A stretch of 64,000 nt of DNA, from positions 168 to 64,167 of the forward strand of contig JAFTRA010000035.1 of the NCBI GenBank assembly GCA_017462485.1, given 5' to 3'. The notes beneath the pieces are model-generated. The model saw only the letters and a program-made list of their open reading frames with translations, searched no databases and was not told where the DNA came from. The position numbers and the translations under genes were made by a program. Below, piece after piece: positions 19,381 to 28,749 of the stretch (within the stretch, counting starts at the first letter, position 1; each line of letters starts with the position of its first letter). The stretch comes from Clostridia bacterium (GTDB taxonomy: Bacteria > Bacillota > Clostridia > Oscillospirales > CAG-272).

Positions 19381-20823
19381 TTATTCGAGGTCAAGTATTA
19401 TCCGCACGTCAGAAAGCTGACTCCAGAAGTATCCCGTTAAATAATCGGAATCCTTTGGCGCATGAATCTCAAACCCGTCGGCCGCTCCAACGAAATTAGC
19501 GGGGGGATTTATAGCCTCGGCATTGAATTTATAGATATACAATTCCCTAAGGTGCGAGGCGCCTAAGAATGCTCCGTTGTTCATCTGGGCTACGTAGGAA
19601 TTTTCCGGAATAACTATGCGTTCAACGTTTCCTCCGTCAAATGCGCCCTCACCTATAATCGTTATTGCCGCAGCATATCCAAGCCCCTCGATTTCAACTC
19701 CCAGAGGAATAACCAGTTCACTCTGCGTCTTACCAAGCTCGGTAAGCCCTGTTATCATATAATTGCCACTATCTAGTCTTGCGTATTCAAAATATTCCGC
19801 GCCGACAATTTTCTCGTGTACCTCTATCATTCCCGACTCAAGCATCGGAGCTTCGGGAAGCTCCTCTTTGACAAGAGTCGGACTGTCAATAGCCAAAAGT
19901 AAGTCGTTGGTAAGCTTCAAGGTTCTGTAACGCGAGCCTGTGTCATTAAGGTGGAAATTCGAATCATAAAAGTAACCGGGCGCAAGAATATAATCGTCGA
20001 TATATCCAATGAAGTCACAATTTATATTCTTTCTTAAGAGAGCGTCGAAGTCCGATATATCCGAGTCAGTCAAGCCGTCCTTTATCGCTATGCTGTTCAT
20101 CGGGCAGTAGGCAAAATAAACGCTTGCGCCAACAGACTCGCAATAGCTTATATAATCGTTAAGATACTCTATAAATTCATAGTCAATAATACTTTCGTCA
20201 AGTACTATTTCCTTGTTTGAATCGTAATAAAGCGGCATAACGTTTTTATTTCTCTCGTACTCAAGGTCACCGTATTTGTTGAAATTATTCGCATTATACG
20301 CTCCTTCCGGGTTAGGTACTCCCTCTCTCATATACTTAAGCTTACTTCCGGTATGCTCGAAGAGCGACGATAGAAGCGAAAAATAATGGGCTGTGTCTAT
20401 GTGCTTTAACATTTTGGGATTATCGTCTATTGCTTGAAGGGTGGTTTGCGAATTGAAGTACATCGACATCGTCTGACTGTCAAGCTCGGGGGATATTATT
20501 ACTATATCGCCCTCTCCTATTCCCGCTCGTGACAAATCAAGCATCACCTTAGTTCCAAGAGCGGCATAGAGACCGAAGTTCACGACGGGCATACCTGTAT
20601 ATTTTTCTATTATCTCGCTGTCGATCCCGAACACCGACGACGAGCCGCTGACAATCACTATTTTTTCGCCCTCGGTTTCGGTGAGCAAATCAAACTTTTC
20701 ATCAAGCGCTCCGACGAAGGTATTTGAATAGACGGGGGGCGTCGCAAGCCATACTCCGAGCAAAATGCCTATCGGCATAAAGAGAAGAAGCAGAGCTGCT
20801 ATTACTTTGATAAATATTTTCAT
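19381..20823 (-). CDS. Membrane-anchored DltD/SGNH-like O-acyl-transfer protein with a C-terminal BspA-type LRR
   Basis: N-terminal TM helix. IVIVSGSSSVFG (GSS nucleophile context) and YDSNFHLND motifs are shared with the C-terminal half of the 778-aa lipoprotein. C-terminal LRR units (IIGEGAFDGGNVERIVIPEN). ATG 20823 follows AAGAGG. Confidence 0.7.
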   Translation of the reverse strand: MKIFIKVIAALLLLFMPIGILLGVWLATPPVYSNTFVGALDEKFDLLTETEGEKIVIVSGSSSVFGIDSEIIEKYTGMPVVNFGLYAALGTKVMLDLSRAGIGEGDIVIISPELDSQTMSMYFNSQTTLQAIDDNPKMLKHIDTAHYFSLLSSLFEHTGSKLKYMREGVPNPEGAYNANNFNKYGDLEYERNKNVMPLYYDSNKEIVLDESIIDYEFIEYLNDYISYCESVGASVYFAYCPMNSIAIKDGLTDSDISDFDALLRKNINCDFIGYIDDYILAPGYFYDSNFHLNDTGSRYRTLKLTNDLLLAIDSPTLVKEELPEAPMLESGMIEVHEKIVGAEYFEYARLDSGNYMITGLTELGKTQSELVIPLGVEIEGLGYAAAITIIGEGAFDGGNVERIVIPENSYVAQMNNGAFLGASHLRELYIYKFNAEAINPPANFVGAADGFEIHAPKDSDYLTGYFWSQLSDVRIILDLE

Positions 20824-20892
20824 AAAAAGCCTCTTTATACACTTCATAAGTGCGGTTTTGAAAATAAATGTTTACATATTGTTTGTTTTAAT

Positions 20893-22341
20893 TTAAAATT
20901 GGAAGTAGATAAATGTGCTTGTTATATCCTGCGACAAAAGAACCGCCCACGCAAAAATTATCATCCACACATAGTAAATGAAGCTTCCGTTTTTGACAAG
21001 AAGCTCCGAGCCGTCGCGCGAGTCCTCATACACAAGAATATTATCTATCATAATCAGTGTTATAACGGAGAGTATTGACATCAAGACCCCTACCGTGTCA
21101 AGCTTCATTATATTAAGCGTTTCCGAAAGGCCTACATCCCAACCCGTGACAAATAAAGTCTTGATTAATGTAAAGGCATCGGAGATACTGTTCGCCCTGA
21201 AGAAGAGCCAGGAGAAGCAGACGAGCGCAAATACGAAAGTGCGTCTTACAAGGACAACGGCAGTGCTATTTTCCGTAAGACCTATTTTGCCCAGCGCCGC
21301 GTTTCTATGCTTTACAGTAAGAGTTCCGACTATCTGATACACACCGTGAAGTGCGCCCCAGAGAACAAAGGTCCAAGCCGCTCCGTGCCAAAGTCCCGAA
21401 ACCAAGAAGACTATAAATACGTTAAAGCACGCACGAGCCTTACCACATCTGTTTCCACCGAGTGGGATATATAGATAGTCCTTAAACCAACTCGAAAGAG
21501 ATATATGCCATCTTGACCAGAACTCCTTGATAGTCGTTGAGAGATAGGGGTGGTCAAAGTTTTTCATAAGGCGTATTCCCATAATTCTTGCGCAACCTAT
21601 CGCAATATCGGTATAGCCCGAAAAATCGCAATAAATCTGCACGGAAAACATCACGGTTGCTATGATAACTCCAATTGCGGTTGCCTCTGCTACGTTGTTA
21701 TAAATCTGATTTACGTAGATTGAAAGCATATCGGCAACGCATATTTTCTTAAAGAAGCCGACTATCATATGCTTTGCGCCCTTTATCGCATTATCCTTAT
21801 CCCAGCGATTTGCCTCCTTAAGCTGCACAATAAGATTTCCGGGACGCTCGATAGGTCCTGCGACAAGCTGTGGGAAGAACGAAACGAATAGCGCGTAAAA
21901 GAAGAAGTTCTTCTCTGTTTTGATATCACCCCTATACACGTCTATGACGTAAGAAAGTGTCTGGAAGGTGTAAAAGGATATTCCGACGGGCAATACAAGA
22001 TTCAAAATCACCGGCGAATCCATACCAAGAAGAGAGGCTATGCTTCCCGACAAAAAATTGAAGTATTTATAAAAGAACAAAACTCCGAGGCACACTATAA
22101 GCGTTAGCGCAAGACAAGTCTTACGCAGCGCTTTGCTTTCCGTTCGCTCGATTACGTTCGACGCTATCCAGGAGATAAGCGTTGTTCCAAGTATAAGGAA
22201 AATCAACTCTGCCTGATAGAATATGTAAAAGTAATAGCTCGCTATAAGGAGCATCGGCCATTTCATTTTTTTCGGCAAGAGGAAATAAAGCGCTGCCACT
22301 ATCGGATAAAAAACGAGGAATTCAAATGAATTAAATGTCAT
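20893..22341 (-). CDS. MBOAT-family membrane O-acyltransferase (DltB/AlgI/PatA-like)
   Basis: 482 aa, polytopic. MBOAT hallmark region FWSRWHISLSSWFKDYLYIPLGG and a downstream conserved His in SGLWHG. Confidence 0.9.
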   Translation of the reverse strand: MTFNSFEFLVFYPIVAALYFLLPKKMKWPMLLIASYYFYIFYQAELIFLILGTTLISWIASNVIERTESKALRKTCLALTLIVCLGVLFFYKYFNFLSGSIASLLGMDSPVILNLVLPVGISFYTFQTLSYVIDVYRGDIKTEKNFFFYALFVSFFPQLVAGPIERPGNLIVQLKEANRWDKDNAIKGAKHMIVGFFKKICVADMLSIYVNQIYNNVAEATAIGVIIATVMFSVQIYCDFSGYTDIAIGCARIMGIRLMKNFDHPYLSTTIKEFWSRWHISLSSWFKDYLYIPLGGNRCGKARACFNVFIVFLVSGLWHGAAWTFVLWGALHGVYQIVGTLTVKHRNAALGKIGLTENSTAVVLVRRTFVFALVCFSWLFFRANSISDAFTLIKTLFVTGWDVGLSETLNIMKLDTVGVLMSILSVITLIMIDNILVYEDSRDGSELLVKNGSFIYYVWMIIFAWAVLLSQDITSTFIYFQF

Positions 22342-22649
22342 ACCGCATCCTCGCTTTCACCAAGCTTCTTTATATCGCCGTCCCTTGCGCTGAGCTTTCC
22401 GTTTTTCTCAAGCTTTGACGCTACGTATGCAAACAAAGTATAGAAGAAAAGACTTATCATATAGACAAGAGTAGCTTCTTCGATAGAAAATTCATACCTC
22501 AAAAGCGGCAAAATCAAGAGAATATGCAAAGCGATATTTACATATGCGCACGCTTTTGACATCAAGCCTCGCATAAAGACGCTCAAAAAGTGCAACGCAA
22601 GAATTAACGCAAGCATGCACAAAACGAGCGGAGTTTTAAATAAAATCAT
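22338..22649 (-). CDS. Small 3-TM membrane protein, unknown function (operon partner of the MBOAT)
   Basis: ATGA overlap with the MBOAT start. ATG 22649 follows an AGAGGTG RBS. Hydrophobic. Confidence 0.55.
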   Translation of the reverse strand: MILFKTPLVLCMLALILALHFLSVFMRGLMSKACAYVNIALHILLILPLLRYEFSIEEATLVYMISLFFYTLFAYVASKLEKNGKLSARDGDIKKLGESEDAV

Positions 22650-22657
22650 ATTCACCT

Positions 22658-24994
22658 CTAGTTAAGATAATCTACTTTTTGAAGAGGCTTTCCGTCGGTA
22701 CTGTTTTCAAATATGCAGCCCTCGAAATCATCTCCAACGGAATTATATGCTTCGGGTGTCAGGCCGATAATTTCGCATATATCTACGTACATCTGATAAC
22801 TGCGCCAAGCTCTTCCCACATCGTTAAGATGGAATGCGCAGTCGTAAAAATACTCATGAGCGTATATATAGTCGGTACAGCTTCCCAGCAAGCCGTCAAA
22901 CTCGTATATTTCCGAAATCAGCGCGTCATAAGCCAGAAGCCACGATTCCTCTCTTGCCTCCGGGACTATTTTATCCGCATCGGCAGGCGCAAAGCCGAAG
23001 TAAACACGCGCTCCGCTTGATTTGGCAGACAAAATTGCCTTATTCATCGAAGAGAGCAATCTTTCAGAGTCGATGGATTCCCAGGTGACGTTGTTCGGGT
23101 CCGTATAATCCTTGTTTGCCGTCTGATTAGCAACGTCGTCCCAATTAAAGTCGTGCTTCGATTTGTAGCGATTATTCATAGTGATAAAGTAGGAATCGTA
23201 ATAGCTATCCACAAGGGATTTGCGAGCCGCGTTCTGATATTCTCCGTACTTGTTTATCCCCTTCTTAATTGCTATTACATCGTATATCGCCTCGTAGGCT
23301 CTGGGCTTTTTGGTATATCTGTACTCCTGATTGTATTCAGCAAAGGCGCCGAATACGTTCGTATAATTCGATATATCAATGTATCTGTATATATTATACA
23401 TTCCCTCAAGGTCGTTAAGAGTCTTCCAATAAAGCTCGTTTTCACCTGCCATATAGGTGCTGTTTTCCGGGGCGTATATTATGATATCGTTTTCGTGCGC
23501 AAGATATTTCATCGCCTCAAGGTATATCATTCCGTTGGTAGTTCTCGTCGTTCCGAAATTGATAACGCGGTATTCTCCGTCAAGAAGCGCTTCCATATAT
23601 TCAGACGACATTCCCTGATAAGTGGAAGAGCCTGCGATAACTATTATTCTGTTTTTATCGTTGCTCGCAAGGAGTCTCGAAAGCTTAACGGCAAAGGCGC
23701 CTCCGTTACCGTTCGTATATCTTGGAGCCATAGTGGCGTTTACGTAAAGGTGGCGAAGACTCGTATAGCTCGCATCATCAAAGCTATCGTTTGATATATC
23801 ATAAATACTGTCGGGATAATAAATAGTTTCAATTTTATCGCAGCCGACAAAAGCGCCCGTTTCTATTCTCTGTATATGCTTTGAAAGAACGAGAGTTTTT
23901 AAATCCTTATTAATAAAAGCGTCCGAGGCGATTCCTATAACGTGCTTTCCCGAAAGCTTCTCGGGAATTACGACCTTTTCTTCATTCCCTGTATAAGACG
24001 TAATGATTACACCCTCTTCTTTCCAGTGCGAAATATAGGATTTATTCGACACGGGCGACGGGTAGCTTAAATTCTCGTACGTAAAATATGAGGTGTCGGA
24101 CGCCTTTTCCCATATGCAAAACAGAACGGGAATATCGTCAATTGATGGGTCGATATAATACTTTGAGCCAAGACTGTAAGCGACACCGCTTCCGTCGGAC
24201 TTGGTATTAAACTCACGGAGAACGTATCCATCTCTCTTGAACGTTCCGTCATCAAAGAAGAGGCATACCGATTCAATTACCTCGAGGTATTTTGCGGATA
24301 TCTCCACACGGAGACGGTCACCCGAAAGTGAGGTGTTATAGTAATCGGTTGCCGAAGCAAGCCCTGTCATATTGACACTGCCACCGTTCGCATCGTAATA
24401 ATAGACGTCGGTTTCTGCATAATTTGCAAATAGCTTTATCTCTCCGCTGCCGTTTACCATATCGGGTGAAAGTCTGAAGGAAAACTCTCTTTCTTCGGAA
24501 ATCATTTTCGATTTATCTTCCGTTGCCGAGCCAACGCTCCAGCCGAGGAATATTTTATATTTTTCGTTAGCCGAAACCTTAACCAGAGTTCCCGCATTTA
24601 CGATACTGCCCGACTCAATATCGGTGGCATCAGCATCAGTCGCCTCAAACGTATATTTATAGGTTTTCGTAACGTCATAGCCGAGGTCAAGCGTGGAAAG
24701 CTCGACACGGGTGTCACGGGTGAGTCCATCAATACTGACAACTCCGTCTTTATAGCTACCGTGACTTAAGCTTTCTATAATGCAGGTGTTCGAAACAGAC
24801 ACCGCAAAACTCGCAGTCTCTCCGGGGTTTATGTACACCGGATTTTCACTGTTTACCGTAACTCCCTCGTCAAAGGCGAGAATCACCTTGATTTGAGAGG
24901 AATTCTGCGAGTCCCCGTCGCTGTCAGAAGCAAAGCAGGATACAAGCGCAAGTGACAAGGTAAGCAAGAGTAATATAAAAGTTAAGCGTTTCAA
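22658..24994 (-). CDS. Lipoprotein combining Flg_new repeats, BspA-type LRR and a C-terminal DltD/SGNH-like domain
   Basis: TTG start. Lipobox LALVSC. Flg_new-type repeats (YYYDANGGS, FNTKSDGSG...LFCIWE). LRR units (VIGIASDAFINKDLKTLVL). The C-terminal IIVIAGSSTYQG and YDCAFHLND motifs are paralogous to 19381-20823. Confidence 0.75.
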   Translation of the reverse strand: MKRLTFILLLLTLSLALVSCFASDSDGDSQNSSQIKVILAFDEGVTVNSENPVYINPGETASFAVSVSNTCIIESLSHGSYKDGVVSIDGLTRDTRVELSTLDLGYDVTKTYKYTFEATDADATDIESGSIVNAGTLVKVSANEKYKIFLGWSVGSATEDKSKMISEEREFSFRLSPDMVNGSGEIKLFANYAETDVYYYDANGGSVNMTGLASATDYYNTSLSGDRLRVEISAKYLEVIESVCLFFDDGTFKRDGYVLREFNTKSDGSGVAYSLGSKYYIDPSIDDIPVLFCIWEKASDTSYFTYENLSYPSPVSNKSYISHWKEEGVIITSYTGNEEKVVIPEKLSGKHVIGIASDAFINKDLKTLVLSKHIQRIETGAFVGCDKIETIYYPDSIYDISNDSFDDASYTSLRHLYVNATMAPRYTNGNGGAFAVKLSRLLASNDKNRIIVIAGSSTYQGMSSEYMEALLDGEYRVINFGTTRTTNGMIYLEAMKYLAHENDIIIYAPENSTYMAGENELYWKTLNDLEGMYNIYRYIDISNYTNVFGAFAEYNQEYRYTKKPRAYEAIYDVIAIKKGINKYGEYQNAARKSLVDSYYDSYFITMNNRYKSKHDFNWDDVANQTANKDYTDPNNVTWESIDSERLLSSMNKAILSAKSSGARVYFGFAPADADKIVPEAREESWLLAYDALISEIYEFDGLLGSCTDYIYAHEYFYDCAFHLNDVGRAWRSYQMYVDICEIIGLTPEAYNSVGDDFEGCIFENSTDGKPLQKVDYLN

Positions 24995-25160
24995 TTTATA
25001 AAAATTCCTTTCTAATAGGTTGTTCGCTTTATTATATTTAACTTATATATTATCATAAAGCTTTGAAATAATAAAGAGAAAAAGTCCCATATAAGAAGTT
25101 CAAAAACTTAATTTCTACGTCTTATACAAAAGGCTTTTTCTCTTTTTGTGCAAATTTGCG

Positions 25161-25829
25161 TTATTTTAAAAGCTTAATTATTTCACTCGGGTGCGAGAGA
25201 ATAACGTCCGCTCCGTTTTCAAGAAGCTCCTCTTCATCTCTGAATCCCCAAAGCACGCCTACCGCAAGAGCTGCGCCGAAATTTTTCGCAGTCTGCATAT
25301 CTGTCGAGGTATCTCCAAAATACAACACCTCGTCAGGTGAGAGTGACAGACGCTCGCAAATCGAAAGCGGCCACTCGGATAAGGGCTTCAAGGGGTATTT
25401 TTCCGAGGCGCCCTCAACGATGTCGAACCTATTCGGGAAATTCAGCTCCACGAGCTTCTTTACCATCTTGTCCGGCTTATTAGAAATAACGGCAAGCTTT
25501 ATGCCACGCTCGTAGAGGAAATCCACCGCCTCCGAAATACTCTCGTAGGGCGAGGTCAAATACTCCGGCTTCTCGTCATAAACGTCAACGTATTCTCTAT
25601 GTATCTTCCCAAGAAGCTCCCTTCCCGAGTCAGAAGAGACAGAAACACCGCCCGCAGTAAGCGCACGCTCGACAAGATTCCTTGCGCCTTTACCGACGAA
25701 GAGCTTAGTTTCTTCGACCGTAACCTCTTTTTGCCCGTGCTTTTTTAGTACGTAATTAAGGTAATATCTTATGGAAGTCAGCGTATCAAGCAGCGTACCA
25801 TCAAGGTCAAATAAGCATCCTTTTATCAT
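25161..25829 (-). CDS. HAD-superfamily phosphatase (phosphoglycolate phosphatase-like)
   Basis: Motif I FDLDGTLLDT, motif II VISNK, motif IV YFGDTSTD. Confidence 0.85.
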   Translation of the reverse strand: MIKGCLFDLDGTLLDTLTSIRYYLNYVLKKHGQKEVTVEETKLFVGKGARNLVERALTAGGVSVSSDSGRELLGKIHREYVDVYDEKPEYLTSPYESISEAVDFLYERGIKLAVISNKPDKMVKKLVELNFPNRFDIVEGASEKYPLKPLSEWPLSICERLSLSPDEVLYFGDTSTDMQTAKNFGAALAVGVLWGFRDEEELLENGADVILSHPSEIIKLLK

Positions 25830-25871
25830 ATTTGTAAATAATTCTTTCCAAAAAGTGTATTTATATGAGAT

Positions 25872-28280
25872 TTATTTTCTTTTCAGCTTTGCGAAAGTAG
25901 CCATCAGCTTTTTCTTGCCCGCAGTCTTAAAATCAACCTCGTAAAGAATATCTCCGCCCATATCCTTAAGAGTCACTATAACTCCCTCACCGAAAGTTGA
26001 GTGAATGACTACCGTCCCCGGAGCGAAGCGCTCAATTCCAAAGCTATCCGCAGTATTGCGTCTCGGTGTGCTGACGCTCGGCGCTCTTTTTATTTCTGAA
26101 CGTGATGAAAGTCCGTACCCGTGCTGTCTTTCGGGAGCAAAATACGTAGGTTCGCGGCGTGGCGGCTCACGGCGAGGCATATCCATCTCAAGCAGTGACG
26201 ACGGCACCTCACGTCTTATGAACGTTGAGAGCATATTATAGCTCGTCTTACCGTACATCATACGGTTTTTCGCATAGGTTATATAGAGCTTTTCTTTAGC
26301 TCTGGTTATCGCCACGTACGCAAGGCGTCTTTCCTCTGAAAGCTCCTCCTCGTCGTGCATATTCTGCTCCGAGGGAAAGATTCCGTCCTCCATACCCGCA
26401 AGGAATACTATCGGGAATTCAAGTCCCTTTGCCGAGTGCACCGTCATCATAACGACGGCATCGGCACCCTCGTCGTATTTATCAACGTCGCTGACAAGGG
26501 CGATATCCTCAAGATATCCCGATAGCGTCGGCTCTGTATCAGCCTCGTCGCAGCGCTTCTCATATTCCAGCGCACCGGCTATAAGCTCGTTGACGTTATC
26601 TATCTTCCCCTCGCCCTCGAAGCCCTCTGCTATAAGCATATCGTGATAACCGCTCTTTTCAAAGATAGCGGGGATTATATCCGACGGCTTCCTTGACGCC
26701 AAAGCTACGCTCTCTATCATATTAGTAAAGGCGGTTAGCTTTTCGGCACTCTTTGAAAGCGAGACGTAGTCGCCGGAGCGCTTCATAACCTCGAACATAG
26801 AGAGTCCCTCAATAGAAGCAATTTCCTCTATCGCCTCAACGGTAGCACCGCCTATCTTCCTTTTCGGCTCGTTTATTATTCTTTTAAGTCTTAAGGAATC
26901 ACTGGTTGAGTTTATGACCGAAAGATATGCTATCATATCCTTTATTTCCTTACGATCGTAGAATCTCGTTCCTCCGAGAATTCTATACGGAACTCCGCTT
27001 TTTGCAAAGGTCGTCTCAAGAGAACGCGCAAGCTCGTTCACACGATAAAGGATAGCGTAATCGGAATACTTTCTTCCTTTATTTCTTACGCCCTGATTTA
27101 TTCTGTCAATAATGTATCTTCCCTCTTCGTTCTGGTCCTGAGCCTCTCGGAGAGTTATTTTCTCTCCCTTTCCCTTATCACACCAAAGGCTCTTGCTATG
27201 CCTTTTATCATTGTGATGTATTATCGAGTTCGCCGCCTCGAGAATATTTTCGGTAGAACGGTAATTCTGCTCGAGCTTTACGACGGTGGCATCGGGGTAT
27301 GTCTTGTCAAAATTAAGAATATTCTCAATCGTCGCGCCTCTGAAACGGTATATACTCTGGTCGTCGTCTCCTACTACCATTATGTTTCTGTACTTGCCCG
27401 CAAGAAGCTCGGTCAGGGCAAACTGGGCATAGTTTGTATCCTGATATTCGTCAACGAGAACGTACTTAAACTTGTTCTGATAATAGTCTCTTACCTCCGA
27501 GTCGGTATTAAGAAGCTTTACGGTATTTACTATTATATCGTCAAAATCCACGGCATTGTTAGCCATCATTTTTTTCATATAGAGGGCGTATATCTTCTGT
27601 ATATCTCTGCTTCTCGGGTCGTGGGATACCTCAAAGCTTTCGGGAGTTTCAAGTCTGTCTTTTGCGCGGCTTATAACTCCTGCAACAGCCTTTGGCGAGA
27701 GCCTTTTTTCATCAATATCAAGCTCTCTCATACACTGAACTATCATACGCTTTGAGTCATCTGTATCGTAAATCGAAAAGCCGTCTCTATACCCAAGTCG
27801 GTCTCCGTACTTACGCAAGATTCTGAGGCATACAGAATGGAAGGTTCCCGCCCATATGGAATCGGAAACGCTTTTGTCATCAAAGCTCTTCGCTAGGCGC
27901 GCCTTCATTTCGTTAGCCGCTTTATTCGTAAAGGTTATGGCAAGCACCGACCACGGAGGGCAGGGCTCGGTTATAAACTCTGGAAGTATCTCCTCGATAT
28001 CCTCCGCAGGAAGCCTTAGAGCGTCACGAAGAGCAGCGACCGTTTCCTCGCTGACCGTTTCGGGTACGTATTCCGAGTGATAGGCGTTTCCGTATTTGAT
28101 AAGGTAGGCTATTCTGTTTACGAGAACGGTGGTTTTTCCGCTTCCCGCGCCGGCAAGAACAAGAAGAGGTCCCTTTGCGGTAAATACCGCGCGGCACTGC
28201 TCGCCGTTAAGCCGCTCTCCGAAAACCTTATCAAAAAGAGCTCTTTTGGCCTTCGTATATTCTATATTTAAATTATCCAT
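25872..28280 (-). CDS. pcrA: ATP-dependent DNA helicase PcrA (UvrD/Rep family, SF1)
   Basis: Walker A AGAGSGKTT, DEYQDTN, VGDDDQSIYRFRGA, and a C-terminal Tudor-like tail (GTVVIHSTFGEGVIV). ATG 28280 follows a GGAAAGAG RBS; the ORF is open to 28322. Confidence 0.95.
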   Translation of the reverse strand: MDNLNIEYTKAKRALFDKVFGERLNGEQCRAVFTAKGPLLVLAGAGSGKTTVLVNRIAYLIKYGNAYHSEYVPETVSEETVAALRDALRLPAEDIEEILPEFITEPCPPWSVLAITFTNKAANEMKARLAKSFDDKSVSDSIWAGTFHSVCLRILRKYGDRLGYRDGFSIYDTDDSKRMIVQCMRELDIDEKRLSPKAVAGVISRAKDRLETPESFEVSHDPRSRDIQKIYALYMKKMMANNAVDFDDIIVNTVKLLNTDSEVRDYYQNKFKYVLVDEYQDTNYAQFALTELLAGKYRNIMVVGDDDQSIYRFRGATIENILNFDKTYPDATVVKLEQNYRSTENILEAANSIIHHNDKRHSKSLWCDKGKGEKITLREAQDQNEEGRYIIDRINQGVRNKGRKYSDYAILYRVNELARSLETTFAKSGVPYRILGGTRFYDRKEIKDMIAYLSVINSTSDSLRLKRIINEPKRKIGGATVEAIEEIASIEGLSMFEVMKRSGDYVSLSKSAEKLTAFTNMIESVALASRKPSDIIPAIFEKSGYHDMLIAEGFEGEGKIDNVNELIAGALEYEKRCDEADTEPTLSGYLEDIALVSDVDKYDEGADAVVMMTVHSAKGLEFPIVFLAGMEDGIFPSEQNMHDEEELSEERRLAYVAITRAKEKLYITYAKNRMMYGKTSYNMLSTFIRREVPSSLLEMDMPRREPPRREPTYFAPERQHGYGLSSRSEIKRAPSVSTPRRNTADSFGIERFAPGTVVIHSTFGEGVIVTLKDMGGDILYEVDFKTAGKKKLMATFAKLKRK

Positions 28281-28461
28281 AAAAACGCTCTTTCCTTCTT
28301 TGTTTTTGTTTAGAAACACCAATTCGTAAAAAATACTCCGACGGGCTTTGAAAAATCTTCATTTTTGCCCCTCGTAAGACGAACGCTTTTTTCAAAAAGT
28401 GCTTCCGGTAAGTATTCTTTTCCATTATTTCTGAAATTTGAAGCGAGGACAGGCATCAAAG

Positions 28462-28592
28462 TTTTCCACATTCAAAGCTGTGGACACTGTGGAAAAATCA
28501 AGGCAAAAAACCATTGAAATTCAAGGCTTTTCAAGTTTTGGACTGAAAAAACGGGTCTTTTCCACCTTTTTGAATGTTGAAAATGTGGAAAA
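28462..28592. promoter_or_regulatory. Cluster of five DnaA-box-like 9-mers in two inverted sets
   Basis: TTTTCCACA (28462-70), TGTGGACAC (28479-87), TGTGGAAAA (28488-96), TTTTCCACC (28558-66) and TGTGGAAAA (28584-92). Each has 1-2 mismatches to TTATCCACA/TGTGGATAA. The cluster lies in the 469-bp gap upstream of pcrA. Confidence 0.45.
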
Positions 28593-28749
28593 CTTCTCCC
28601 TAGGCAAAAATATCCTTTTTCCGCTTTTTGAAAGAAAACCGTTCAAAAAAGCTTATCGTTTTCGTTTTTCGGGCAAGGTGTTTTTCTGCCGCCAATTTTA
28701 AAGCATTTTATTCGCAAAAGTTGCGAACGTTTTTGTGTTTCACTATATT

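Noticed and set aside
23153-23794. 213-aa + strand ORF antisense to the 778-aa lipoprotein gene
   Set aside because: Shadow ORF with no RBS and low-complexity hydrophobic or basic content.
28323-28749. Possibility that the DnaA-box cluster is the chromosomal origin (oriC)
   Set aside because: No dnaA, dnaN, rpmH or other origin-proximal genes are nearby. There is no consistent strand-bias switch at this point, and I saw no recognisable 13-mer or AT-rich unwinding repeat array. It is treated as a secondary DnaA-box cluster or operator instead.
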